From Alphaproteobacteria bacterium (GTDB lineage Bacteria > Pseudomonadota > Alphaproteobacteria > GM7ARS4 > G965262615): a stretch of 64,000 nt of DNA. The translations under genes were made by a program, and so were the position numbers. Below are positions 32,040-42,486 of the stretch, piece after piece (within the stretch, counting starts at the first letter, position 1; each line of letters starts with the position of its first letter). The stretch is from contig OZ253545.1 of assembly GCA_965262615.1 (NCBI GenBank), positions 448,001-512,000 of the forward strand, in the 5' to 3' direction. A model generated the notes under the pieces. The model was not told the origin of the DNA, ran no database searches, and was given only the letters and a program-made list of their open reading frames with translations.

Positions 32040-32359
32040 CTTCCATCACGCTGGAGCATTACATTATTCTCTCCGCTTTATTGTTCTCGCTCGGGGTGCT
32101 TGGGATTTTTATCAATCGCAAGAGCTTATTGCATCTTCTGATGTGTCTGGAGCTGTCTCTGTTGGCGGTGAATATTGCACTCATTGCTTTTGGGGCGGCG
32201 CATGGAGATATCAAGGGTCAGGTGATGGCACTGTTTGTGCTGACGGTCGCCGCCGCCGAAGTGGCGGTGGGACTCGCCATTGTGACCGCATTCTTTCGCT
32301 TGCGCCGTTCCATTCACATGGATGACATCACCCTTCATTCCCAGCAACGACAAGAATGA
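32036..32359 (+). CDS. nuoK: NADH-quinone oxidoreductase subunit K
   Basis: MCLEL.LLAVN; VAAAEVAVGLAI. Confidence 0.96.
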   Translation: MTSITLEHYIILSALLFSLGVLGIFINRKSLLHLLMCLELSLLAVNIALIAFGAAHGDIKGQVMALFVLTVAAAEVAVGLAIVTAFFRLRRSIHMDDITLHSQQRQE

Positions 32360-34212
32360 GAACTGTGCAATTCTTGTTTGTCAGTGCCGTCATGCTGCCC
32401 TTGGTGGGAGGCTTGTGTGCCGCCGCCTTGTTGGCTTTTCCCCAATGGCGATGGCGAGCGGCGCGTGGCGTGACCATCACTCTCATTGTGTCGGCGGTGT
32501 GTGCTCTTGGAGCTCTGGCTCTTTTTGATGGACAGCCACGCGCCATTGTCATCATGCCGTGGATTGTATCAGGGGATGTCGCGATTGAGTGGAGCTTGTA
32601 TCTTGATTCGCTCTCCATTGTGATGGTGGCGTTGGTGACTTCCGTTGCGGCTCTCATTCATGTCTATGCTCTGGATTACATGAAGGATGATGCCAGCCTC
32701 ACGCGCTTTTTTTGTTATTTGAGTCTTTTTACCTTTGCCATGCTGATGCTGGTGAGCGGTGGCAATCTGTTGGTGTTGTTTTTTGGCTGGGAGGGCGTTG
32801 GCTTGTGTTCCTATTGGCTGATTGGGTTTTGGCACACGAGGCGCGCCGCCTCGGTGGCGGCGGTCAAGGCATTTGTCTATAATCGCTTCGGTGATACCGC
32901 ATTCATGGTGGGATTGGTGGGAATCACCATTGTCACAGGAACGGCGCAATGGCAGGCGATTGAATCGTGGGTAGAGCTCAATCAATCACCGTTCCTTGTC
33001 TCTGTCTTTGCGGGATGCTTGCTGGTGGGGGCGATGGCAAAGTCCGCTCAGTGGCTACTCCATGGATGGCTCGCCGATGCCATGGAAGGTCCCACGCCCG
33101 TCTCCGCCTTGCTCCATGCCGCCACCATGGTCACCGCAGGCGTGTTTCTCATCATCCGCATGCAGCCGTTGTTCATGGGCGCACCCATTGTCATGGATGT
33201 CATCATGGTGGTGGGAGCCGTGACCGCTCTTTTTGCCGCCATCATCGCGTGCGCTCAATATGACATCAAACGCATCATCGCATGGTCAACCTGCAGTCAA
33301 ATCGGGTACATGTTCATCGCCTTGGGCGCGGCGGCGTGGGGAGCGGCATTGTTTCATCTTGTCACCCATGCCTTTTTCAAAGCCTTGTTGTTTCTTGCCG
33401 CAGGCAGTGTCATCCATGCTCTGCACGGCGAACAAGACATCAGACACATGGCACGGCTCGGACGATTCATGCCGTTCACTTTTGCCGCCATGACCATCGC
33501 CGCACTGGCACTCATGGGAATACCCCTGCTGTCGGGATTTTATTCCAAAGAAGCCATTTTAGAAGCCGTCTGGAACAGTGACAGCGCGGTGGCATTGCTC
33601 GCATGGAGCGGCGGACTGCTCGCCGCCTTGCTCACCGCCATTTATGCCACACGCTTGATTGTTGTGCCCTTTCTATCAAGGCAGCCATCGGCTCTCATAC
33701 CCACCGGGCAGCCTCGTGAGGCATCTCTTGTGATGCTCATTCCCATGATGCTGATGGCGTTGGCAGCCATCTTCATGGGATGGGCAACCCATCATTATTT
33801 TCTTGGAACAAGCTCCCATCACGCCGCCATGATCATTCGCTTTTTGCCGTTGGGGATGGCAGGTGGCGGCATGTTGTTGGCACTCATATGGTTCTTGGCG
33901 CGCTTCTCTTTTCCCGCTCGGGTGCAATCATGGATTGGGTTTGTGCGCCGTGGATGCAATATGGACCGCCTGTATCATGTCCTGTGGGGACGAGGATGTG
34001 AGCGCATAGCTCACAGCTGTGTCGTGGCAGAAAAAGAAGTGATTGACCAATTGGGACCCGATGGCATCGCTCAGTTTGTTAAAAGGCAAAGCACACATAG
34101 CGCACAGTGGCAAAAAGCAGGACTCGCCGTCTATAGCTTCTTTCTCATCATGCTGGTGACCCTCCTGCTCACCTGGTACGGATTTACCTTCATCGGGGTG
34201 GAATCACTGTGA
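32356..34212 (+). CDS. nuoL: NADH-quinone oxidoreductase subunit L
   Basis: WEGVGLCSY.LIGFW, KSAQ..LH.WL.DAMEGPTPVSALLHAATMV, HAFFKALLF. Confidence 0.97.
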   Translation: MRTVQFLFVSAVMLPLVGGLCAAALLAFPQWRWRAARGVTITLIVSAVCALGALALFDGQPRAIVIMPWIVSGDVAIEWSLYLDSLSIVMVALVTSVAALIHVYALDYMKDDASLTRFFCYLSLFTFAMLMLVSGGNLLVLFFGWEGVGLCSYWLIGFWHTRRAASVAAVKAFVYNRFGDTAFMVGLVGITIVTGTAQWQAIESWVELNQSPFLVSVFAGCLLVGAMAKSAQWLLHGWLADAMEGPTPVSALLHAATMVTAGVFLIIRMQPLFMGAPIVMDVIMVVGAVTALFAAIIACAQYDIKRIIAWSTCSQIGYMFIALGAAAWGAALFHLVTHAFFKALLFLAAGSVIHALHGEQDIRHMARLGRFMPFTFAAMTIAALALMGIPLLSGFYSKEAILEAVWNSDSAVALLAWSGGLLAALLTAIYATRLIVVPFLSRQPSALIPTGQPREASLVMLIPMMLMALAAIFMGWATHHYFLGTSSHHAAMIIRFLPLGMAGGGMLLALIWFLARFSFPARVQSWIGFVRRGCNMDRLYHVLWGRGCERIAHSCVVAEKEVIDQLGPDGIAQFVKRQSTHSAQWQKAGLAVYSFFLIMLVTLLLTWYGFTFIGVESL

Positions 34213-35681
34213 CTCTGAGTGAATTGCCCATCCTGTCCATGCTGATTGTGACGCCTCTGTTTGGAGTCGTCATTTTGTTGCTGGCGCGCGGGCGGGGCGA
34301 GGTTTTTGACCGTAATGTGTATCAATTGGCTCTGTGGGTGAGTGCCACAGAAGCCTTTCTTGTCTTGATTCTATTGTGGCAGTTTGATGCCTCCCAATTC
34401 GGTCTGCAATGGCAAGAATCTGTCGCCTGGCATGCTCCCTTTGGTTTGACCTATCGTCTTGCTGTTGATGGCATCTCCTTGCCCATCATTCTTTTGACGG
34501 CTTTGATCATCCCGCTGTGTTTTATCTATCGCTATCGCTCCCTCAGAGATGTGCACAGTTACGCCATTTGCCTGCTTCTTTTGCAATCTTTTGTGATGGG
34601 CGCATTGACGGCGATGGATATTGTTCTGTTTTATATCTTTTTTGAGGCGTCACTGATTCCATTGTTTTTGATCATTGGTATCTGGGGCGGGGAGCAAAGA
34701 CTGTATGCCACATTCAAATTTTTCCTCTACACATTCGCTGGCTCGTTGTTCATGCTGGTGGCGATTGCGTTCATGGTGGTGCATGCCGAGACGACTCAAT
34801 GGGATGAATTGCGTGACCATTCATTTCCTTTTTTGACGCAGCAGTGGTTGTGGCTTGCTTTTTTCGCGTCTTTTGCCGTTAAAACGCCGATGTTTCCTTT
34901 TCACACCTGGTTGCCCGCCGCCCATGTGGAAGCCCCTGCGACTGGGTCTGTCATATTGGCGGCGGTGTTGTTGAAGCTGGGAATCTACGGTTTTATGCGT
35001 TTCTCCGTCCCTCTGTTTCCTGAAGCGTCCGTCTTTTTTGCGCCCTTTGTGTTGGCGTTGAGTGTGATTGCCATCATCTATGGTTCTCTTGTGGCATGGG
35101 CGCAGGAGGATATCAAAAAAGTCATCGCTTATTCTTCTGTTGCCCACATGGGATATGTCACACTGGGGCTCTTCAGTATTCATATCAATGGGGCACAGGG
35201 GGCGATGGTGCAGGTAATCAGTCATGGTTTGATCTCTGCCGCATTGTTCTTTTTGGTGGGCATGATGTATGAACGCACCCATCGCCGAGACATTGCTTTC
35301 TACGGCGGGGTGGCGAGTGTCATGCCTCGGGCGGCATTCTTTTTCATGTTTTTCACACTGGCATCCATCGCCTTGCCTGGCACAAGCGGATTTGTGGGGG
35401 AATTTCTCACCTTGTTGAGCGCGTGGCAGGTGCATCCTTTGTGGGCTATGGGAGCATCGGCGGGGGTCATTCTTGCCCCTCTCTACATGTTGTCGCTCTA
35501 TCGGCGGGTTTTTTTTGGTGCCGTGAAAAAATCCATCGCCCCCCTCACGGATCTTTCGTCTCGTGAGACAATTATTCTCATTCCATTGCTTGTCGCCGTG
35601 GTGGCGTTGGGAATGTTCCCATCGCCTTGGATGAATGTCAGCCAAGCCAGCCTTGGTGTCCTTTGGGGAGCTGCGCCATGA
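34209..35681 (+). CDS. nuoM: NADH-quinone oxidoreductase subunit M
   Basis: K.PMFPFHTWLP.AHVEAP, LLKLG.YG, AYSSVAHMG, LPGTSGFVGEF. Confidence 0.97.
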   Translation: MTLSELPILSMLIVTPLFGVVILLLARGRGEVFDRNVYQLALWVSATEAFLVLILLWQFDASQFGLQWQESVAWHAPFGLTYRLAVDGISLPIILLTALIIPLCFIYRYRSLRDVHSYAICLLLLQSFVMGALTAMDIVLFYIFFEASLIPLFLIIGIWGGEQRLYATFKFFLYTFAGSLFMLVAIAFMVVHAETTQWDELRDHSFPFLTQQWLWLAFFASFAVKTPMFPFHTWLPAAHVEAPATGSVILAAVLLKLGIYGFMRFSVPLFPEASVFFAPFVLALSVIAIIYGSLVAWAQEDIKKVIAYSSVAHMGYVTLGLFSIHINGAQGAMVQVISHGLISAALFFLVGMMYERTHRRDIAFYGGVASVMPRAAFFFMFFTLASIALPGTSGFVGEFLTLLSAWQVHPLWAMGASAGVILAPLYMLSLYRRVFFGAVKKSIAPLTDLSSRETIILIPLLVAVVALGMFPSPWMNVSQASLGVLWGAAP

Positions 35682-37144
35682 CCTCGTTCCTTGACATATG
35701 GATGCCCTATCAAAGACTGCTGCCAGAAGCGGTGCTGATGAGCGCAGTGCTGCTGTTGCTGGCGACTCACCGCCATCCGACAATGCAATCCTACGCTCAT
35801 CTCATCGCCATTGCCGCGTTGTTGCTGGCGCAAGTCATCGTATGGAATTTGAGTCACACGCCCAGTCCAACGGCGGATGGATTGTTTTTGTTTGACACTC
35901 TATCCTTTTTTGCTCGCTCGTTGATTTTATTGGGCGGCGCACTCATTTTGTTTTTGCCCTTTGAAAATGAATCACTGCTTGAGCAAAAGCCGTTGGCGGT
36001 GGAGCATCCGTCACTGATTTTACTGGCATCCATTGGCTTGATGGTGATGGTGAGTGCATACGATTTGCTCACACTCTATTTGGGCATGGAATTGTCGTCA
36101 TTATCGTTGGCGATTTTAGCGGCATCCATGCGGCGCGATGCCGTGTCGGTCACGGGAGGGCTGGTGTATTTTGTGTTGAGTGCGGTGGCATCACTTTTTT
36201 TCCTGTACGGCATGGCGTTGTTGTACGGCTTTGGCGGAGGAACTTCTTTTGGCGAGCTGTCGCAACTGGCGGTGGCGGCGCAATCGGGAACGGATGCCAT
36301 TGTCATTGTGGCATCGTTATTTGTGTTGGTGGCGTTTGCCTTCAAGATGGCGGCTGCGCCCTTCCATTTTTGGGTGGCGGATGTCTATCAAGCCGCCCCC
36401 ACCCATGTGACCGCATTCTTTGCCACCATTCCTAAAATTACTGTTTTTATCCTCTTGGTGCGGTTGATTTTCTTGCCTTTTCAGGGGTTTTATGATGCCC
36501 TCACCGATAGTCTCGTTTTGCTGGCGTGTGTCTCCATGCTGGTGGGAAGCTTGGCGGCGATGGCGCAGAATAACATCAAACGCTTGCTGGCGTATAGCTC
36601 GGTTGCCCACATTGGCTTTGCTCTGGTGGGACTGGTCGCCGCCAACAAAGCAGGATTGAACGGCGCACTCATTTATATGCTGATTTACGGAATGATGACC
36701 ATCGGATGCTTTGCTCTGATTTTGCTCATTCAGAGGCGCAGTGGCTCTATTGGGCATGTGGATGATTTAGCGGGCTTGGCGCGCAGTCATCCTGTGATTG
36801 CACTCGCGCTTGCCATTGTGATGCTCTCTATGGCGGGCTTGCCGCCTTTTGCGGGATTTTTTGCCAAATTGCAGGTGCTGCTGCCTCTCATGCAACAAGG
36901 ATATGAAATTGTCGCCTTGGTCTTTGTTGTGAGTGCGGTCATCGGATGTGCCTACTATTTGCGTGTGATCAAATGCATTTATTTTGATGCGCCTCATGAG
37001 GACATTTCTTTGCTGAAAAACAGAGAGACCGCCTTTGTGATTGCGGTGGTCACGGCATTTTTGCTTTTTTATGGATTGTTTCCTATGGGCTTTTTAGACC
37101 TTGCGGCATCATCGCTCGCGGCTTACGGGCGTGGTCTGCCATGA
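35678..37144 (+). CDS. nuoN: NADH-quinone oxidoreductase subunit N
   Basis: FKMAAAPFHFW.ADVY, KRLLAYSS.AH.G, SMAGLPP.AGF.AK. Confidence 0.97.
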   Translation: MTSFLDIWMPYQRLLPEAVLMSAVLLLLATHRHPTMQSYAHLIAIAALLLAQVIVWNLSHTPSPTADGLFLFDTLSFFARSLILLGGALILFLPFENESLLEQKPLAVEHPSLILLASIGLMVMVSAYDLLTLYLGMELSSLSLAILAASMRRDAVSVTGGLVYFVLSAVASLFFLYGMALLYGFGGGTSFGELSQLAVAAQSGTDAIVIVASLFVLVAFAFKMAAAPFHFWVADVYQAAPTHVTAFFATIPKITVFILLVRLIFLPFQGFYDALTDSLVLLACVSMLVGSLAAMAQNNIKRLLAYSSVAHIGFALVGLVAANKAGLNGALIYMLIYGMMTIGCFALILLIQRRSGSIGHVDDLAGLARSHPVIALALAIVMLSMAGLPPFAGFFAKLQVLLPLMQQGYEIVALVFVVSAVIGCAYYLRVIKCIYFDAPHEDISLLKNRETAFVIAVVTAFLLFYGLFPMGFLDLAASSLAAYGRGLP

Positions 37145-37887
37145 ATCTGCGTTTTCGGACACTGGATTGCGTGGACAGCACCAATGATTATCTGTGCTCC
37201 CTTGCGACACAAGGCGAAAAAGAAGGTTTGGTGGTGGTGGCGCGCCGGCAAATCAAAGGGCGAGGGCGGCATCGCCAAGCTTGGATTTCGCCGACCGGCA
37301 ACCTTTACAGTTCTCTTTTGCTGATGCCGTCTGTGGCATCGTCTTTGATATCGCAGCTCTCGTTTGTGTGTGCCGTTGCCTTTGCTTGTGTTCTGGAACA
37401 ATTGGGAGGGCGGCGTGTGCAGATTAAATGGCCCAATGATTTGTTGATTCAAGGACGCAAAATTGGCGGATGTCTCATTGAGCATCACGCGCCGCATGTC
37501 ATCGTGGGGGTGGGAATTAACATTGCCAGCAAGCCCGCCGATGACGATGTGTCGTGGCGTGCCAGCTGTTTGAGCGAGGAGGGCTATCCTCCCTTTGGCG
37601 CAGAATTTTTGGCACAGAGGTTATGGCAAGGATGGGGTTCATTTTATGAGCAATGGCGGCGAGAAGGATTTGCCATTACGCGCCAGCGGATGCTTATCCG
37701 CGCCTTTGGGCTTGGCAAGACATGGCGGTGTGAGCATGATGGACACATGCTGAAGGGACGGTTTGCAGGGCTGGCGGCAGATGGCGCACTGTTGCTGATG
37801 CCCGACGGCGCGCATGCCCCGTATATCATTCACAGTGCCCGTGCCATGCGTTTGCACGATGGAGATGACGATGATTCTTGCCATTGA
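37141..37887 (+). CDS. birA: Biotin--[acetyl-CoA-carboxylase] ligase (class I, no HTH)
   Basis: DSTN, Q..GRGR, WISP.GNL, KWPND, KIGG.LIE; conserved position after nuoN. Confidence 0.95.
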   Translation: MNLRFRTLDCVDSTNDYLCSLATQGEKEGLVVVARRQIKGRGRHRQAWISPTGNLYSSLLLMPSVASSLISQLSFVCAVAFACVLEQLGGRRVQIKWPNDLLIQGRKIGGCLIEHHAPHVIVGVGINIASKPADDDVSWRASCLSEEGYPPFGAEFLAQRLWQGWGSFYEQWRREGFAITRQRMLIRAFGLGKTWRCEHDGHMLKGRFAGLAADGALLLMPDGAHAPYIIHSARAMRLHDGDDDDSCH

Positions 37888-38449
37888 TATTGGCAATAAC
37901 CATAGCGTGTTGGCGTTGTTCTCTGATGAGGGACGGATGGTTCATCATTGGCGATTTGCAGGGCTGGCGGCGGATGGCGCACTGTTGCTGATGCCTCACG
38001 GCGCGCATGCCCCGTATATCATTCACAGTGCCCGTGCCATGCGTTTGCACGATGGAGATGACGATGATTCTTGCCATTGATATTGGCAATAGCCATAGCG
38101 TGTTGGCATTGTTCTCTGATGAGGGACGGATGGTTCATCATTGGCGATTTGCCACCATTGTGACACGCAAAATCGGCGGATGTCTCATTGAGCATCACGC
38201 GCCTCATGTCATCGTGGGGGTGGGAATTAACATTGCTAGCAAGCCTGCCGATGACGATGTGTCATGGCGCGCCAGCTGTTTGAGCGAGGAGGGCTATCAT
38301 CCCTTTGGCAAGACATGGCAGTGTGAGCATGATGGAGATGACGATGATTCTTGCCATTGATGTTGGCAATAGCCACAGCGTGTTGGCGTTGTTCTCTGAT
38401 GAGGGACGGATGGTTCATCATTGGCGATTTGCCACCATTGTGACACGCA
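37762..38449 (+). repeat. Complex triplication of the birA 3' end / coaX 5' start, with internal birA pieces
   Basis: 193-bp tandem duplication (37762 vs 37955); 38165-38309 copies 37455-37599; about 38305-38336 copies 37712-37743; three copies of GATGGAGATGACGATGATTCTTGCCATTGAT; copies differ by scattered substitutions. Confidence 0.92.
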
Positions 38450-39123
38450 CTGTGGATGATTGGACGGTGCAATTGAAAATGGCGTTTGACGGCGAAGGAT
38501 ACGCATTGTCGTCAGTGACGGGCGTGGCTCTCGCCAGTGTTGTGCCACAGGTGACGCACTGTTGGAAGATGGTGAGTCACCAATTGTTTGCCATTGAGCC
38601 GTTGTGTGTGGATGGCACATTGAGTGTTCTGCCTCAGATGGAGCTGGAGCATCCCGAGTCGGTGGGCGGCGATCGCATTGCCAATGCGGCGGCGGCGGCG
38701 GCGTTATACGATTTGCCCGCACTCATCATTGATTTTGGCACTGCCACCACTTTTGATGTCATCAATGGCGATGGCGCGTATCTCGGCGGCGTGATTGCTC
38801 CTGGACCTTTGTTGTCGCTGGATGCCCTCATCAAAGCGGCGGCGCAATTGAGTGATATTCCGTTGGAATTTCCGCCCGCCACCATCGGACGCAACACTGC
38901 TCATGCCATGCAGGCGGGGCTCATGGGGGGATACTTGGCGTTGCTGGAGGGACTCATTCGTGCTATTGATGCAGAAGTGGAGGGAAAACTCTCCGTGATT
39001 GCCACAGGAGGGCTCGCCAGCCTGTTTGCATCAAGAACGCAGCTGATTGATGACTATCATGAGCATGTCACATTATATGGTATTTACCAGTTATATTGTT
39101 TGAATGATCACAATGTTCACTAG
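38344..39123 (+). CDS. coaX: Type III pantothenate kinase
   Basis: MILAIDVGNS, ASVVP, GGDRIAN, IDFGTATT, GG.IAPG, IATGG. Confidence 0.96.
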   Translation: MILAIDVGNSHSVLALFSDEGRMVHHWRFATIVTRTVDDWTVQLKMAFDGEGYALSSVTGVALASVVPQVTHCWKMVSHQLFAIEPLCVDGTLSVLPQMELEHPESVGGDRIANAAAAAALYDLPALIIDFGTATTFDVINGDGAYLGGVIAPGPLLSLDALIKAAAQLSDIPLEFPPATIGRNTAHAMQAGLMGGYLALLEGLIRAIDAEVEGKLSVIATGGLASLFASRTQLIDDYHEHVTLYGIYQLYCLNDHNVH

Positions 39124-39148
39124 AGAGAGACATCGCAGGCGACAGCCA

Positions 39149-40846
39149 ATGGCGCGCCGTGACGGGTCTGAATGGAATCATCAGACCATCATTCCAGACA
39201 ATGAAATTTTGTTTCTGCCCTTGGGGGGGGCGGGCGAGATTGGCATGAACTTGACCATGTACGGATGTAACGGCGAGTGGCTGGTGGTGGATTGCGGCAT
39301 GACTTTTGGCGGTGACGACCAACCAGGGATTGACCTCATTTTTCCGGACATTCAATTTTTGGAGCATCACAAGGAGCATGTCAGAGGGATTGTCATCACC
39401 CACGCTCACGAAGATCACATCGGAGCGTTGCCCTATGTGTGGAATCGCTTGCGCTTGCCGATTTTTGTCACGCCTTTTGCGGCTGCGCTGTTGCGCGCAA
39501 AGAATGATGAGCACCATGTGGACTGGAATCAATTCATCCATGTGGTGGGGGATGACAAAAAAATCACGGCGGGGTCTTTTGCCATTGAGATGATTCCCAT
39601 GACTCATTCCATTCCAGAGAGTCATTCGCTGCTCATCACCACGCCTTTGGGGCGGATTTTTCACAGTGGCGATTGGAATTTTGATGAGAGCCCGCCGCTC
39701 GGGTCACCATCATCATCCACACAGCTGGCGGCGATTGGCAAGCAGGGTGTGGATTTGTTGGTGTGTGATTCCACCAATGTTTTTGTCAAACAGCGAGAAG
39801 GCTCGGAGCGACAGGTGGAGGAAAATCTTGCCGCTGTGGTGAGAGACATCACGCGTGGACGGGTGGCGGTGACATTTTTTGCCTCCAACATCGCTCGCAT
39901 GCAAAGCATTGCTCGCGCGGCTCATGCCGCAGGACGCTTCCCCGTGCTGGTGGGGCGTTCCATGAGGCGATATGAGAAAGCAGCGCGCCAGTGTGGGTAT
40001 TTGCGCGATGTGCCGAGATTTGTCAGCGATGAGGATGCCGTCACCATGTCTCCCGATAATGTGCTGTATCTATGCACGGGCTCGCAAGGCGAAGAACGCG
40101 CCGCCATGACGCGCCTTGCCGAAGATTCGCACCCCGCATTGTTTTTGGAAAAAGGAGACACGGTGTTATTTTCCTCTCGGGTGATTCCGGGCAATGAGAG
40201 ACGCATCGGCACGGTGCATAATAATCTGGTGGCGCGCGGCATCACGGTGATGGACAGTGATGACCTTGCCATTCACATATCGGGACATCCATCCCAAGAG
40301 GAATTGGCTCAGCTGTATGGGCTTCTCAAGCCCGCGGCACTGATTCCTGTGCATGGAGAGATGCGTCATTTGCGAGAGCATGTGCGTTTTGCGGAGCATC
40401 ATATTGAGCGCAATCTGTGTGTGACCAACGGCACGATGGCGCGTCTCAAGGGTGATGAATTATCCGCCGTGATGAGCGTTCCTGCGGGTCGGTTGGCTTT
40501 GTATGGCAATCGTATTTTGCCTTTGCGTCATTCGTTGCTTCATCGTCGGCGCGCTCATGCCTTGCGTGGCAAGGCGACAATCCTTATGGTGATGGATGAC
40601 GAGGGGCAGCTGGCGGCTCAGCCGCAGCTGATTGCCGATGGAATCGTTGACCACAAAGACACAGAGGATCTCCAATTGACGAAAGAGTTCATCAAAAGAT
40701 TATTGACCTATTACCAGACCATGCCGCTATCCGATGGCGATGATGCCGTCTTGCGCCGACGCTTGCGGCGGACGAGCGAGGAGATTTTCTCCGAGCTTTT
40801 TGCTTTGCGTCCGTTGGTGGAGGTGCGGATCGTGCGGGTGACATGA
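39149..40846 (+). CDS. rnj: Ribonuclease J
   Basis: PLGGAGEIGMN, THAHEDHIGA, HSIPE, TGSQGE, HISGH, PVHGE. Confidence 0.96.
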   Translation: MARRDGSEWNHQTIIPDNEILFLPLGGAGEIGMNLTMYGCNGEWLVVDCGMTFGGDDQPGIDLIFPDIQFLEHHKEHVRGIVITHAHEDHIGALPYVWNRLRLPIFVTPFAAALLRAKNDEHHVDWNQFIHVVGDDKKITAGSFAIEMIPMTHSIPESHSLLITTPLGRIFHSGDWNFDESPPLGSPSSSTQLAAIGKQGVDLLVCDSTNVFVKQREGSERQVEENLAAVVRDITRGRVAVTFFASNIARMQSIARAAHAAGRFPVLVGRSMRRYEKAARQCGYLRDVPRFVSDEDAVTMSPDNVLYLCTGSQGEERAAMTRLAEDSHPALFLEKGDTVLFSSRVIPGNERRIGTVHNNLVARGITVMDSDDLAIHISGHPSQEELAQLYGLLKPAALIPVHGEMRHLREHVRFAEHHIERNLCVTNGTMARLKGDELSAVMSVPAGRLALYGNRILPLRHSLLHRRRAHALRGKATILMVMDDEGQLAAQPQLIADGIVDHKDTEDLQLTKEFIKRLLTYYQTMPLSDGDDAVLRRRLRRTSEEIFSELFALRPLVEVRIVRVT

Positions 40847-41250
40847 TGTTGGGACGGCTCAATCACATTGCCATTGTTGTGCCGGACATTGAGGCGGCGC
40901 GCCTTAAATACAAAGAGGCACTGGGGGCATCGGTATCGGAGGTGGAGGATTTTCCCGAGCACGGTGTGCGGGTGGTGTTTGTGAATCTCAGCAACAGCAA
41001 AATTGAGCTGCTCACGCCACTAGGGGACTCGTCTCCCGTGGCGCGATTTTTGCAAAAAAATCCATCGGGAGGATTGCATCATATCTGTCTTGAGGTGGCG
41101 AATGTGCGTGAGGCGATGGCACGGGCTGAGTGGGCGGGCATTCGTCTGTTGGGAGATGGTGTTCCTAAAGTTGGCGCACACGGCAAGGATGTCATTTTCA
41201 TCCATCCCAAAGACATGGACGGCACGCTGGTGGAACTGGAAGAGGCTTAA
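40843..41250 (+). CDS. mce: Methylmalonyl-CoA epimerase
   Basis: LNHIAIVVPD, EHGV.VVF, KIELL.PL, GGLHHIC, GAHGK.V.F.HPKD..G.LVELE. Confidence 0.95.
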   Translation: MMLGRLNHIAIVVPDIEAARLKYKEALGASVSEVEDFPEHGVRVVFVNLSNSKIELLTPLGDSSPVARFLQKNPSGGLHHICLEVANVREAMARAEWAGIRLLGDGVPKVGAHGKDVIFIHPKDMDGTLVELEEA

Positions 41251-42464
41251 GAAAAAAGACCCGTGTCTTTGCCCTGTGTCACGAGGGCATCAAAAAAGTG
41301 TTCTGTGGTGAGCCATGTGGCGTGAGGTCCCGTGAGCAGTGCGAGGTCTTTGGTCACGCACCCGCGTGCCACGCAGTCCAGACACAATTGCTCCAGCGAT
41401 TGAGAAAAGACACGCAAAGGCTCGTTGTGGTCAAGCCGCGCCCGATGAAACAGGGCGCGACTCCACGCAAAAATACTCGCCAGTGGATTGGTGGAGGTGG
41501 CTTTTCCTTTTTGATGGGCGCGATAGTGGCGAGTCACCGTGCCGTGTGCCGCCTCTGTCTCCACTGTTGTGCCGTCAGAGGTCATCAAAACGGAGGTCAT
41601 CAGACCCAGTGAGCCAAAGCCTTGAGCAATCACATCGGACTGCACATCGCCATCATAATTTTTTGCCGCCCACAAAAAGCCTCCCGATGAGCGCAGAGCC
41701 ATCGCCGCCATGTCATCAATCAGACGGTGTTCATAAGATATATGAGCGGCGCGAAAATCAGACTCAAATTCCTCGCGATAAATGGCGGCAAAAATTTCCA
41801 TAAAGCGTCCATCGTAAGTTTTGAGAATGGTGTTCTTGGTGGAGAGATACACCGGCAGCTGACGCGTCAAGCCATAGCGAAAACAGCTGCGAGCAAAGTC
41901 GGCGATGGAATCATCCATATTGAACATGGCAAGGGCAACGCCTTTTGAGGCAAAGCGATGCACCTCATGACGCTGTTCATCGCCCGCCTCATTGGTGAAG
42001 ACCAGCTCCAATTTTCCTTTATCATCAATTGGGATGTCACAGCTTTGGTATTGGTCGCCAAAGGCGTGGCGGGCAATCACGATGGGTTTTTGCCATGAGG
42101 GAATTTTGCGCGGCACATTGGCACAGACAATGGGCTCGCGAAAAATAGTGCCTTTGAGAATGTTGCGAATGGTGGCGTTGGGAGAGGGATAGAGGCGTTT
42201 GAGCTTGAACTCACGCAGACGATTCTCATCACTGGTGATGGTGGCGCATTTGACACCAACGCCGTGTTCTTTGATGGCAAGGGCGGCTTGGGTGGTGATG
42301 GCATCATCGGTTTTGTCACGATTGCTCATGGACAGATCAAAGGGCAACAGTGGCACATCAAGATGGGGGAGAATGAGTCGTTCTTTGATGTGTTGCCAGA
42401 TGACGCGCGCCATCTCATCGCCTTCAATTTCCACAATGGGCTGGGTGACGGTAATTTTTGCCAT
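41247..42464 (-). CDS. icd: NADP-dependent isocitrate dehydrogenase (eukaryote-like type II)
   Basis: GDEMAR.IW, KCATIT, SPN.TIRN, KNYDGDVQSD, EAAHGTVTRHY. Confidence 0.97.
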   Translation of the reverse strand: MAKITVTQPIVEIEGDEMARVIWQHIKERLILPHLDVPLLPFDLSMSNRDKTDDAITTQAALAIKEHGVGVKCATITSDENRLREFKLKRLYPSPNATIRNILKGTIFREPIVCANVPRKIPSWQKPIVIARHAFGDQYQSCDIPIDDKGKLELVFTNEAGDEQRHEVHRFASKGVALAMFNMDDSIADFARSCFRYGLTRQLPVYLSTKNTILKTYDGRFMEIFAAIYREEFESDFRAAHISYEHRLIDDMAAMALRSSGGFLWAAKNYDGDVQSDVIAQGFGSLGLMTSVLMTSDGTTVETEAAHGTVTRHYRAHQKGKATSTNPLASIFAWSRALFHRARLDHNEPLRVFSQSLEQLCLDCVARGCVTKDLALLTGPHATWLTTEHFFDALVTQGKDTGLFS

Positions 42465-42486
42465 GCCTTATGCTATAAGGATTGTG

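Noticed and set aside
37858-38440. Three spaced repeats suggestive of a CRISPR array or DGR template/variable repeats
   Set aside because: The repeats and the intervening DNA are all copies of birA/coaX coding sequence; there is no cas or reverse transcriptase gene, and differences are not confined to adenines.
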